Positions 49,806-58,871 of a stretch of DNA of 64,000 nucleotides are shown here, in pieces (positions within the stretch are counted from its first letter, which is position 1; each line of letters opens with the position of its first letter). The translations under genes were made by a program, and so were the position numbers. The notes beneath the pieces were generated by a model, which did not search any database, had not been told where the DNA came from, and saw only the letters and a program-made list of their open reading frames with translations. The stretch lies in assembly GCA_963663025.1 (NCBI GenBank), contig OY760073.1, positions 1,523,111-1,587,110 of the forward strand, given 5' to 3'. Origin of the DNA: Dehalococcoidia bacterium (GTDB lineage Bacteria > Chloroflexota > Dehalococcoidia > Lucifugimonadales > JAGWBF01).

Positions 49806-50846
49806 CTACTGCGACGCCAAAGCGGCGGTGTAGACCTGTTGCATCCGCAGAAGCTCTTCATCGTTGAAGCACTCCCACATCTTGATCCCATTGTCCGCTA
49901 TCTCCACCAGGTCCTCAACGCTCGTCGACGAAAAGTCGAGCAATGTTGGGTTGACCAGCGCTACGTAACGCGGGTGCCCGCTGGCGAACTCGGTGATGCA
50001 AGCTCGGCTATTGTCGCTTAGCCCCCCGGTCTGGGACCCGATGACCGACGCGAAGATGGGCACGTAGCTTTCTTGGGAAATGCAAGCAGTCACAGAGTCC
50101 GACATTCCAAAGCCCTGGGTTGCCGTGGATCCCAGCAACGCGGCGTAATCTTCGTCCGTCAGCGCCTCCTGGATACAGGCGGCCTCGGACTCCGGAATCA
50201 TGCCGACAATGTCCGTCGCCGCCGACGTATTGACGTCCAGAGCGGCTTGTATGCGGGCTAGGTACCCCACCTTCTCCACCGGGGTCATGCAGTTGTAGAA
50301 CTCCAGGGCATACGGCCGCGTTGCCGAAGTTTCGTGAATTTGGCCCGGTGGTGTCATTCCGAGGCCCGTCAGGACCGCGAGGGGACTTTCTCTACCGACC
50401 CTGATCATGCATGCGCGGGTGTCGGAGGTCCATCCGGCCTGCAAGTCGAGGAAGGCGATTCCGAACACCACGAGGTTTTCTGGTTTGGCACACTGGAATA
50501 TCGGCAATACAAGGTTTTCACCGCTGGCCGTCAGAATCAACAGAATCGGCTCGTTGGACATTTTCTCGTAGGCAGCATCTCCGATGGCCGTACGAAGGCA
50601 GGAGGTCTCGGCTTCGGAGAAGAGTGCCAGCACGTCCTTCCCTGTCGTCGTCGAGGTGAGCCTCAGCTCCTCGAGAGCCGGAGTGGCAGTGGGCGGAAGG
50701 GGCGTTGGAGCTGGCGTTGCGGTTGGTTCAGGTGTTGCGGTCGGTTCAGGCGTTGGTGTTGGGTCGGACCCACAGGCGGCAGCTATCAGGACCAGCAGGG
50801 TTATCAGCGAAACTACCCAAAGCCGTTGTCTCCTAATCATCAGCAT
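49806..50846 (-). CDS. Lipoprotein with PT-rich linker and repeated Cys-containing helical units
   Basis: Lipobox AAAC; PTPTPEPTATPEPTATP; recurring ETSCL/DTRACM/EAACI/NSRACI units resembling ETKACL in 36732-37682. Confidence 0.8.
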   Translation of the reverse strand: MLMIRRQRLWVVSLITLLVLIAAACGSDPTPTPEPTATPEPTATPAPTPLPPTATPALEELRLTSTTTGKDVLALFSEAETSCLRTAIGDAAYEKMSNEPILLILTASGENLVLPIFQCAKPENLVVFGIAFLDLQAGWTSDTRACMIRVGRESPLAVLTGLGMTPPGQIHETSATRPYALEFYNCMTPVEKVGYLARIQAALDVNTSAATDIVGMIPESEAACIQEALTDEDYAALLGSTATQGFGMSDSVTACISQESYVPIFASVIGSQTGGLSDNSRACITEFASGHPRYVALVNPTLLDFSSTSVEDLVEIADNGIKMWECFNDEELLRMQQVYTAALASQ

Positions 50847-51078
50847 AACCTTTACCTTCCTAAGATGCGGGGTTTTCGGCACACTGCTCAATCTTGGCGA
50901 TGACACGCTCCCTGTCCCGCGCGGCGAGGCGGTGCATATCCCTGATCGCCTGCGTCACCCATTCGATTTGCATTCCCTCAAAGAGACCCTTCACTCTAGC
51001 AAATTTAGAGAAAGTGAGTCAAGAGGCCGATGCCCGCAACCCCCCTGGGCGGTCTTCGCTCCGCAGCCGTTCGACGAT

Positions 51079-51243
51079 CTGAAAGACAGCGGCATGGGCA
51101 AAGAAGGCCCCTATTACGCCGTCCAGGAGATGACCGAGCTCAAGATGGTCGCCTTTCACTAATCCCGGGACCGGAGGGTCCCGACCGGGTCAGGCTAGCG
51201 CTTGACGGGAGTACTTGCCCTTCCTCAGGCGGAAGGGGGCCAT
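51079..51243 (+). repeat. 165-bp junction repeat B: orphan ALDH 3' end + hairpin + true 3' end of the GT2 gene
   Basis: Encodes the identical peptide LKDSGMGKEGPYYAVQEMTELKMVAFH*. Confidence 0.95.
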
Positions 51244-51957
51244 GTTCGACAGGAGAAAGGCCCCCCACTTCAGCACCTGGGCGAGGCCCAGCTTGCTTTC
51301 TCCCTCGGTGCGCCCGATAAAGGTGATGGGCACCTCTACCACCTTCAGGCGCTGGCTGATAGCCAGGAGCATGGACTCGACCTGGAACTCGTAGTGGTTG
51401 GCCGTAGACCGCTCCACCACAAACTGCGCCGCCGTCGCGCTATAGACCCGGTAGTTGGTTGTGGACTCGCGAGGTGTGCCGAGGAGATAACGGGTCATGA
51501 AGTTAGCCAACCTGCTCTGCACCCTCCGATGCCATTCCCAGTCCCTCACCCCGCCTCCGGAGATGTATCTGCTCCCCGTCACAAGATCGGCCTCCTGGGA
51601 CGTAGCGGTTTGAAGCAGTTCCGGGAGGTCGGCGGGGTCGTGGGAGCCATCTACATCCATGGTGACGATGTGCTGGCAGCCTTCATCCAGGCAGGACTTC
51701 AGGCCGTCGCGGATCGCCGACCCCAACCCCCGGACTCCATGCCGGGACAACAGGGATATCCCCGGATATCTTGAGGCCAGCTCCCGCGCAACGTCGCCGG
51801 TGCCGTCGGGGCTGTCATCATCCACAACCACGGTCCATAGCTCGCCGGGCAACGATAGGGCCTGGAGCCTGTCCACCAATCCGGGCAGGTTCTCGGCTTC
51901 GTTGTATGTCGGCAGCACCAGTCCTATCTCAGGCAAGATGGTCTCTCCCCAGCGCAC
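51190..51957 (-). CDS. GT2 polyprenol-phosphate mannosyltransferase (DPM1/Ppm1-like)
   Basis: LPTYNEAENL, VVDDDSPDGT, MDVDGSH, GSRY and RTEGESKL motifs. Confidence 0.88.
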   Translation of the reverse strand: MRWGETILPEIGLVLPTYNEAENLPGLVDRLQALSLPGELWTVVVDDDSPDGTGDVARELASRYPGISLLSRHGVRGLGSAIRDGLKSCLDEGCQHIVTMDVDGSHDPADLPELLQTATSQEADLVTGSRYISGGGVRDWEWHRRVQSRLANFMTRYLLGTPRESTTNYRVYSATAAQFVVERSTANHYEFQVESMLLAISQRLKVVEVPITFIGRTEGESKLGLAQVLKWGAFLLSNMAPFRLRKGKYSRQALA

Positions 51958-51981
51958 ATCCGCCGGACGATGAGGACGCCA

Positions 51982-52989
51982 CTACAGGCTCCCTTCGGCC
52001 CGGGCCCACACCAGCGCCGCAGCGCCCAGGAGCCCGATGTCATCGCCCAGAGATGTCACAACGATCCTGTACCCCAGCTTGCGGATATGGGCCATGGCGT
52101 TCTCGTTGATGTACTTCTCCACCATGGGCCGCAGGTAGTCCCAGTTCTGGGACACGCCGCCACCCATAACAATCGTGTCCGGGTTGAACAGATGGAGAAC
52201 GTTCACCAGCCCCACACCCATGGCCCGGCTGACCCCGTCTAGGAGCTGCTGGGAAGCCTCGTCCCCACCTCTGGCAGCCTGGAAGACATGTTCCGCAGTT
52301 AGATTCTCCAGGTCGCCACCAACCATGCCAGCCAAGACCGGCCCATTCCCCGCCTGGGCCAGGCTTCGGGCCGCTTCGGCGATCGCTGTACCCGAGGCGT
52401 AGCTCTCCAGGCACCCTCGATGTCCGCACTTGCACGGGAGCCCCGAGGCGTCAATGCACATATGGCCGATCTCCCCCGCCATCCCGTAGGCCCCTTCTAC
52501 GAGCCTTCCGTCGTCAACGATACCCCCGCCTATGCCCGTGCTCTGGGTTATGTAAACGAGGGTCTTCGACCCCTTGCCCACGCCGTAGGTGTATTCCCCC
52601 AGGGCGGCCAGGGTTGCATCGTTGCCCGTAAGGACGGGCCAGAGCCCCTTGTCCAGCCAAATCTTCTTGAACGACACTCCGTCCAAGTTCATGAGGTTGG
52701 GTGGGGCGTACATGATGCCGGTGACCGGATCGACGGGGCTTGCCACCGCCAGGGCGATGCCTGCGACCTTGCCCCCATCATCAGTGGACAGAGCTTCGGA
52801 GATCAGGTCATTGACCCGGCCGACGATCACATCCTTGGGGTCTTGGGATCCCGTGGGGACGCGCCCTCTCCAGGCGATGTGCCCGGCCCGGGTGACCAGG
52901 GCCGCCCGCACCCAGGTGCCACCCAGGTCGATGGCAAGGGCAAAGGGCCCCCCATCGGTACCCTGCTCGCGGTCCAACTCCTCTACCAT
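51982..52989 (-). CDS. ROK family sugar kinase (glucokinase-like)
   Basis: IDLGGT, NDATLAALGE, STGIGGG and GEIGH...CKCGHRGCLE motifs. Confidence 0.92.
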   Translation of the reverse strand: MVEELDREQGTDGGPFALAIDLGGTWVRAALVTRAGHIAWRGRVPTGSQDPKDVIVGRVNDLISEALSTDDGGKVAGIALAVASPVDPVTGIMYAPPNLMNLDGVSFKKIWLDKGLWPVLTGNDATLAALGEYTYGVGKGSKTLVYITQSTGIGGGIVDDGRLVEGAYGMAGEIGHMCIDASGLPCKCGHRGCLESYASGTAIAEAARSLAQAGNGPVLAGMVGGDLENLTAEHVFQAARGGDEASQQLLDGVSRAMGVGLVNVLHLFNPDTIVMGGGVSQNWDYLRPMVEKYINENAMAHIRKLGYRIVVTSLGDDIGLLGAAALVWARAEGSL

Positions 52990-53011
52990 GTCGCCCATGC
53001 CCAGGAGTCTG

Positions 53012-53788
53012 TCAATGCTCTTCAGCATCTCCGATTTCGTCTAGTGTGCCATCTTCTCCCCCGCTGTCGTAGGTCCACATTTTGAATTCGGCTGGAGACT
53101 CCCTCTCTGGACCATTTTCGTCTATATCTAAAGACGGCACCAACTGGATGAGCTCGCACAGTAGGTCTCCCTGACCTTCTTCCACTTCAAAGTACTCCGG
53201 TTGAGCATTTGCCCGATCCCTAGTAATGCTAATGCCGTCAGAGAAAGGCGTGATCGACACTATTTTGTCCAACCTGATTCGAAAAGATTTTGTTGGGACG
53301 GACACAAGACGAACCTGATCATCGTAGCAGTAGTAGAGATGTTTGGTGGTGATTGCCATAGTTCCCAAACCTCTGTGAAATATCTGATCAGTCTCGACTG
53401 GAGTGCCCCTAGATTGTCCTACCCTGACAGATACTCCCCTCATTATCCTGACACTGGTGCCTGCTGATCGGCCTACTATTTCCCGTTTGGTGCGCTGCTC
53501 ATAATAGCTCACTCCGTCCAAGGCGTATATCAAGTGCTCGCTCTTCATGAACCTAAAGGGCAGAAACACTCCGCGATCTACCCAGTTGATGTCAGGGAAC
53601 TTCCCTTCCTTCAACATACCCAGAACACCTTCCAACTCTTGCCTCCGCCTTTCTCTTCCCCTTTCTAGAATGCGTTCAACAGTTTCCTCTCTCTCACGCT
53701 TCTCTTTTCGTGCTTCCGACAACTGCCACGCTCGCTCGGCCCCGAATATCCCGGCTTCATCGAGTTGACGTTTGATCCATCTCAGCAT
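53012..53788 (-). CDS. Hypothetical protein with coiled-coil N-terminus and beta-rich (PH-like) C-terminal domain
   Basis: 258-aa ORF in an AT-richer islet; GTSVRIMRGVSVRVG...GTMAITTKHLYY...SFRIRLDKIVS. Confidence 0.7.
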   Translation of the reverse strand: MLRWIKRQLDEAGIFGAERAWQLSEARKEKREREETVERILERGRERRRQELEGVLGMLKEGKFPDINWVDRGVFLPFRFMKSEHLIYALDGVSYYEQRTKREIVGRSAGTSVRIMRGVSVRVGQSRGTPVETDQIFHRGLGTMAITTKHLYYCYDDQVRLVSVPTKSFRIRLDKIVSITPFSDGISITRDRANAQPEYFEVEEGQGDLLCELIQLVPSLDIDENGPERESPAEFKMWTYDSGGEDGTLDEIGDAEEH

Positions 53789-54203
53789 TTAGCACCCCAC
53801 GCGCTGATAAAACATGTTTCGAGACAATAGCATAGTTATCGGGAATCTGCATCACGGGGGTCGGTCCGGTCTATCTGCTGATGCTAAAACGCTGCACGAT
53901 GGCAACGTCCCGACATCATTGCGTGCCCATCGGCTGGCCCCGTGATTCTGGAAATCGAGGTCGAACTTGCTCTTGCCGTATAGGCGGATGCCCTATCCCG
54001 ACTAGGCATGAGAATAGATGGCCAGAAAGCCCACGCCTCAGAATTCAACGGAACTGTTGGCACTGCTGGTCGTCAACCTTCTGGTAGCGTGGTTTCTGCC
54101 AAGGTAAAGATTTGCCCAATTTCACGGTTTCAGCGGATAATTGGCAACGGGCGACACCCAAACCATCACCCCAAGACAGCAAATTAAAGGAGATATACGG
54201 GGT

Positions 54204-55637
54204 ATGACTACTGAATCGGAGAATCCGCGTCCGGCTTGGTTTGTTGGTGCCGCATTCGGCGGTTACGACAACCAGACTGTACGGTTTATCCAAGACGGGA
54301 TTTGGGAGGGCGGCCCCATAGAGACATACGGTGGTCTAATTAATTCCATTTGGCCGGGCGATCGTATCGTTATCAAGTCCACCTATACCCGCAAGAACGA
54401 ATTGCCATTCGACAATCGTGGGGAGTTCGTTTCCGTCATGGCAATCAAGGCTACAGGCATCGTCGTTGAAAACTTGGAGGACGGGCACTCCTTGCGAGTG
54501 AATTGGAGTCAAATTGATCCACCGCGCGAATGGTATTTTCACACGCTCAGAGGGACTATCGCGCCGGTCTTACCAGACTCGTGGTGGAAAAATGCACTTT
54601 TGCGATTCACCTTTGATGGTGAAGACCAAGATATCGGCCGAAGCTTGAGAGACCCGTATTGGAGCGACAGGTACGGGTATCTTGAACCCCAACAAAAGGA
54701 AACTCAAGAGGAGGAAACCTCTGAGGAACCCCCAGATGAACGGCCACGCTACGACATTAGCAATATTAGATCCGAAGGCTGCTTCCTCGATCAGGCAACG
54801 CTCGAACGAATGCTCCAGGGCCTTCGGGCGAAAAAAAACGTGATCCTCCAAGGGCCGCCCGGCACTGGTAAGACTTGGCTTGCGAAGAAACTCGCCTACG
54901 CCCTCATCGGGCGGAAAGACGAAGATAAGATCCGGCACGTCCAATTCCACCCCAACCTGTCCTACGAAGACTTTGTGCGCGGTTGGCGACCCCAGGGCAG
55001 CGATGGCAAGCTCGAACTTGTGGACGGCCCCTTCCTGCAATTGGCTAATGAGGCCTGCCAGGAGAAGAATAGGGATGACACCTACGTCATGGTAATTGAG
55101 GAAATAAACCGGGGGAATCCTGCATCCATCTTTGGGGAGTTGCTGACCCTGCTTGAAGCTGATAAGCGAACATTCGACAATGCGTTAACATTGTCCTATC
55201 GTCGAGACACCGATGAGCCCTTTCACATTCCCCCCAACTTGTACATCATCGGGACGATGAATCTGGCTGACCGGTCATTGGCCTTGGTTGATTTCGCACT
55301 GCGACGCCGATTCGCATTCTTTGATCTCGAACCGGAGATTGATACCTGGCGTGAGTGGGTTCAAGAGCAATGCGAGATTCCTACCGACTTTCTTGCCGAT
55401 ATATCGCGCCGCATTGACGCATTGAACACCCAAATCTCTGACGACCCCAACCTCGGCCGCCAGTTTCGCATCGGCCACAGCTTCATAGTTCCCAAGCCGG
55501 GGGAACCCATCACAGTATCCAGGGAATGGTTCATACAGGTAGTAGAAACTGAGATAGCCCCGCTGTTGCGAGAGTATTGGTTTAACGATTCCGACAAGGC
55601 AGATGAAGCCAGGGCACAGCTCTTGAGCGGCTTATGA
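54204..55637 (+). CDS. mcrB: McrB-family AAA+ GTPase
   Basis: GPPGTGKT, QFHPNLSYEDFV, EEINRG, TMNLADRS (NxxD), ALRRRF and IGHSF motifs. Confidence 0.92.
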   Translation: MTTESENPRPAWFVGAAFGGYDNQTVRFIQDGIWEGGPIETYGGLINSIWPGDRIVIKSTYTRKNELPFDNRGEFVSVMAIKATGIVVENLEDGHSLRVNWSQIDPPREWYFHTLRGTIAPVLPDSWWKNALLRFTFDGEDQDIGRSLRDPYWSDRYGYLEPQQKETQEEETSEEPPDERPRYDISNIRSEGCFLDQATLERMLQGLRAKKNVILQGPPGTGKTWLAKKLAYALIGRKDEDKIRHVQFHPNLSYEDFVRGWRPQGSDGKLELVDGPFLQLANEACQEKNRDDTYVMVIEEINRGNPASIFGELLTLLEADKRTFDNALTLSYRRDTDEPFHIPPNLYIIGTMNLADRSLALVDFALRRRFAFFDLEPEIDTWREWVQEQCEIPTDFLADISRRIDALNTQISDDPNLGRQFRIGHSFIVPKPGEPITVSREWFIQVVETEIAPLLREYWFNDSDKADEARAQLLSGL

Positions 55638-56770
55638 CGTACGGACCAGAGTCCCCGACATCAGGGTTCATCGACCGCATTCCAGTTCGAAACATCTGGC
55701 TATTGTTGCTTTACGCATCCCGGCTATACCGCGAGCTTCCCGCCCCCCGCCGGGTCGAACTTGAAGACGCCCCGGACGACATACCGCGTCTGGTCGCTGA
55801 AATCCTCACAAACGCCGTGGAACGACGCCTGCGCCGTAACCTGTCCCACGGCTATCAGAGGCGGTCAGCTGATCTCAGCCGGGTACGCGGACGCATCGAT
55901 CTGTTCCGCACGGAACGGCGACAACTGCTGCAACGTGGCCACGTTGCCTGCGTGTTCGACGAACTGACGGTTGACACCCCGCGCAACCGTTATGTTAAGG
56001 CTGCTCTGACCCATATCGCTAGCTCGGTCAGCAGGCTCACTAATGATTCGGACCTTGAACGACGGTGCCGAGATTTGGCTCTCCGCTTAGAGAGGGCTGG
56101 CGTCGTCGGGCACCTCGATCCCCGGTACGCCGGAAGGGCAGTCACACTGGACAACACGGGGTGGATGGACTCTTACGAGCGTCAGATGTTTGCTGCAGCT
56201 AGCCTGGCCTTGGACCTTTCGATCCCGACAGAGCAATCGGGATTGGCTTTATTGCCCGTCGTCAATAGAAGTGAAACCCAAGGATGGAAGCTCTACGAAA
56301 ACGCGGTTGCCGGTTTCTATGATGTCGCACTATCTCATCGTGGCTGGAGGGTAAGGCAAGGGAGACGCATTCAATGGCCCGCCGCGAACCCCTCGCCTGG
56401 TTTACACGCCATCATGCCGGAGATGATCACTGACATAGTTTTGGAGCACCGTGAACATAGTACTCCTGATACCGGTCAAAGAATCGTCATCGACACAAAG
56501 TTCACCTCGATTGTCGGGGTCAGCCAATTTGGGAATCAGACGCTGAAGAGCGGTAACATATACCAGTTGTACACCTACTTGCGCACCCAAGAACAGTCCT
56601 GCGACCCCATGTCGTACCACGCTTCCGGAGTCTTGCTCTATCCGTCTTTGGGTGACTGCTACTACGAATCTGCCATGATTCAAGGGCACCGCGTTATTTT
56701 CGCCACAGTTGATCTGGCCGCGGATAGCCAGACCATCCGCAGTCAACTTCTGCGAATCGTAGACAACTGA
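55634..56770 (+). CDS. mcrC: McrC-family restriction endonuclease subunit
   Basis: IPVRNIWLLLLYA, RGRID, TDIVL...IDTKF...YQLYTY, GVLLYP; ATGA overlap with mcrB. Confidence 0.92.
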   Translation: MTYGPESPTSGFIDRIPVRNIWLLLLYASRLYRELPAPRRVELEDAPDDIPRLVAEILTNAVERRLRRNLSHGYQRRSADLSRVRGRIDLFRTERRQLLQRGHVACVFDELTVDTPRNRYVKAALTHIASSVSRLTNDSDLERRCRDLALRLERAGVVGHLDPRYAGRAVTLDNTGWMDSYERQMFAAASLALDLSIPTEQSGLALLPVVNRSETQGWKLYENAVAGFYDVALSHRGWRVRQGRRIQWPAANPSPGLHAIMPEMITDIVLEHREHSTPDTGQRIVIDTKFTSIVGVSQFGNQTLKSGNIYQLYTYLRTQEQSCDPMSYHASGVLLYPSLGDCYYESAMIQGHRVIFATVDLAADSQTIRSQLLRIVDN

Positions 56771-56811
56771 ACGTTCCCACGGCGTTGACGCATCAACACA
56801 CTTCCGGCCCT

Positions 56812-56965
56812 GTGGGGACGCGCCCCTCCAGGCGATGTGGCCAGCACGGCTAACCAGCGCCGCCCGCACCCAGGTGCCGCCCAGGTCGATGGCAAGGGCA
56901 TAAGGCCCCCCATCGGTACCCTGCTTGCGGTCCAACTTCCCTACCATGTCGCTTGCGGCCAGGAG
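56812..56965 (-). pseudogene. Orphan, diverged copy of the ROK gene 5' end (direct repeat of 52853-53007)
   Basis: MVGKLDRKQGTDGGPYALAIDLGGTWVRAALVSRAGHIAWR versus MVEELDREQGTDGGPFALAIDLGGTWVRAALVTRAGHIAWR; followed by a 1-nt deletion and loss of similarity. Confidence 0.92.
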
Positions 56966-56969
56966 GCCA

Positions 56970-57572
56970 TTAACCCTCCAAGATGCTGTCTAGGGCCTCT
57001 CGCAAATCGTCGGGGTCTGTGGGTCCTGAAAAGACCCGCACCAGGTTGCCTTCCCTGTCGATGAAGAACTTTTCGGGAATCTTCACTACCCCGTAGTCTA
57101 TAGCAACGCTCCCTTTATCATCCAGAAGGTTGGGGTACGGGATATCGAGCTCCGCCACGAAATCCCTCACCTTCCCCTCCGTATCCCAGAGGGCTAACCC
57201 CAAGAATTCGACACCTTCATCCCGGTATTCGGCGTACACCTCCGCCAAGCCTGGGGCTTCGTTCCGGCAGGGCGGGCACCAGGACGACCAGAAGTCCAGG
57301 ACCACCACCTTGCCCTTCAGGGAGGCCAGGCTGAGGGTCTCGCCGTCCAATGAAACGGCTTCGAACAACGGGGCCGGCTCCGGGTCCAGCCAGGCATCTC
57401 CAAAAGATGTGTTGATGCCGGGGCGTCCTATCCTGTTCTCGGACCAGCCCACACCCCAAGCCAGCATTCCGAAGAAAACGGCCAGAGGCACCAAGGCAAC
57501 CACTATGATCAGTGTGCGCTTATGGTTCCCTCTTTTGGTGCTTTCAGGTGCTGTGGGGCTGGCGTCCCTCAA
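56970..57572 (-). CDS. TlpA/ResA/CcmG-type membrane-anchored thiol-disulfide oxidoreductase
   Basis: N-terminal TM, LDFWSSWCPPC, YGVVKIPEKFFID; TTG 57572 overlaps the upstream stop. Confidence 0.88.
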   Translation of the reverse strand: MRDASPTAPESTKRGNHKRTLIIVVALVPLAVFFGMLAWGVGWSENRIGRPGINTSFGDAWLDPEPAPLFEAVSLDGETLSLASLKGKVVVLDFWSSWCPPCRNEAPGLAEVYAEYRDEGVEFLGLALWDTEGKVRDFVAELDIPYPNLLDDKGSVAIDYGVVKIPEKFFIDREGNLVRVFSGPTDPDDLREALDSILEG

Positions 57573-58858
57573 GCTTCTCCCCTCTCCAGTTTGGATGCAT
57601 CCTCCCTGTCCAGCGCCAGCCTCAGCAGGCGCCCTTTGGCTGACTCCCGGGCCTCCCTGTATTCGCCCTCGGCTATCCCGCCCTCGGCGTACAGATCGTC
57701 CAGGGCGGCGACCCTCTGGACAAGCTGGTCTTCGTCCATACCTTCGACCCCTTCCACGTAGCCCTGGATGGCATCCTTTTCCATAGCACCGGATGCCGGC
57801 ACCCTGGCGCGCTTGTAGGATGCTATCAACCCGATGCTCAGCAGCGATAGCAGCACAACGACCAGAGTGGAGGGAATCCATATCTTCAGCAGCCCACTCT
57901 CCGTCAGGGTCTCCCCAGCCTTGCCGAAAAATGAGATGGTGGGCAGGCCCGACACCTGCAGAGATACCCTGCCTCCTGGCGCCACGTCATTCATCTCCCA
58001 GGAAGTGTAGGTGATCCCTCCTATATCCACCGTCTCGACCTTGGTCCCATCATCAAGGGAGGCATAGGCGAAGAACCCCAAGCCTTCGGGCAGGAGCACC
58101 GAGAACCTGTCAGCCCCCATGTGAAAGGTCTTCTGGATGGTCGCCGAGCCGTCGGTGTAGGGCATCTCGTAGGTGTAGGTAACCTGATGGATTCCCGGTG
58201 TAACGGGGGCTGTCAGGGCAAAGCCGGTGCCTATGTTTATGATCTCTCCACCGGGCAGGTCCGACCCTACGTCCAACTCCGTCGCCCCCTCGGGCAGGGA
58301 AAAGCGCATGAAGTTGAAATTGACGGGCTGCTCCAAGTCAGGCACAAAGGTGCGGTCTCCGTCATTGATGACGCCGACGGCCTCAAGGACGAAAAGGCTC
58401 TCCTCGTCGGGCCCTTCGTTGATAAGCACAGCGTGGGCATCGATGGCTAAAACGTCGATGTCCTGTATCACCTCGTACACCACTAGCTCCACGGGCTGGG
58501 AGCCGATGGGCAACAGCACGGTCGCGCTGTACAGGACATCCTGAAAGTTGACGGCCACGGCATAGGTGCTGTCTTGCACGGCCTCTACCGAAGTGAAGAT
58601 AAAGGCGCCGTCAGCCCCCGTGGTGGTCGATAGGATCTGTATCTGGCCCTCGTCGCCAAAGCGGTGGAGCAGCACCTCCAGCCCTGTGGGGACCTGACTC
58701 CCCTCGGTCCCGTTCGTCACCACACCATGCACATCCACCACCTCCTGGGCCCATGCCCGCTGATAAGACATAGCGGATAACACCAAGACAATGGCGCAAA
58801 GTACTATCAGGAATAAGAGGAAGAAAACGTGACGCCGGAATTCGAGAAGAGTCCGCAT
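57569..58858 (-). CDS. Exported/membrane protein in the cytochrome c maturation cluster
   Basis: Signal/TM segment, VHGVVTNGT beta-sandwich region, C-terminal TM and CcmI-like helix (ALDDLYAEGGIAEGEY); likely start ATG 58858. Confidence 0.7.
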   Translation of the reverse strand: MRTLLEFRRHVFFLLFLIVLCAIVLVLSAMSYQRAWAQEVVDVHGVVTNGTEGSQVPTGLEVLLHRFGDEGQIQILSTTTGADGAFIFTSVEAVQDSTYAVAVNFQDVLYSATVLLPIGSQPVELVVYEVIQDIDVLAIDAHAVLINEGPDEESLFVLEAVGVINDGDRTFVPDLEQPVNFNFMRFSLPEGATELDVGSDLPGGEIINIGTGFALTAPVTPGIHQVTYTYEMPYTDGSATIQKTFHMGADRFSVLLPEGLGFFAYASLDDGTKVETVDIGGITYTSWEMNDVAPGGRVSLQVSGLPTISFFGKAGETLTESGLLKIWIPSTLVVVLLSLLSIGLIASYKRARVPASGAMEKDAIQGYVEGVEGMDEDQLVQRVAALDDLYAEGGIAEGEYREARESAKGRLLRLALDREDASKLERGEA

Positions 58859-58871
58859 CGTGGTCTTCTCT

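Noticed and set aside
51072..51078. TCGACG near the left edge of junction repeats (36275, 37711, 51071) as a recombinase core motif
   Set aside because: A 6-mer is too short in GC-rich DNA, two of the occurrences are not independent, and it is absent at the ROK locus.
50584..51162. 192-aa plus-strand ORF ending in the ALDH C-terminal peptide
   Set aside because: It is a chance open frame antisense to the lipoprotein gene that runs into junction repeat B; not a credible gene.
56402..56947. 181-aa ORF starting with the ROK N-terminus
   Set aside because: Only about 41 codons are ROK-like; the rest is antisense to mcrC. Recorded as an orphan repeat instead.
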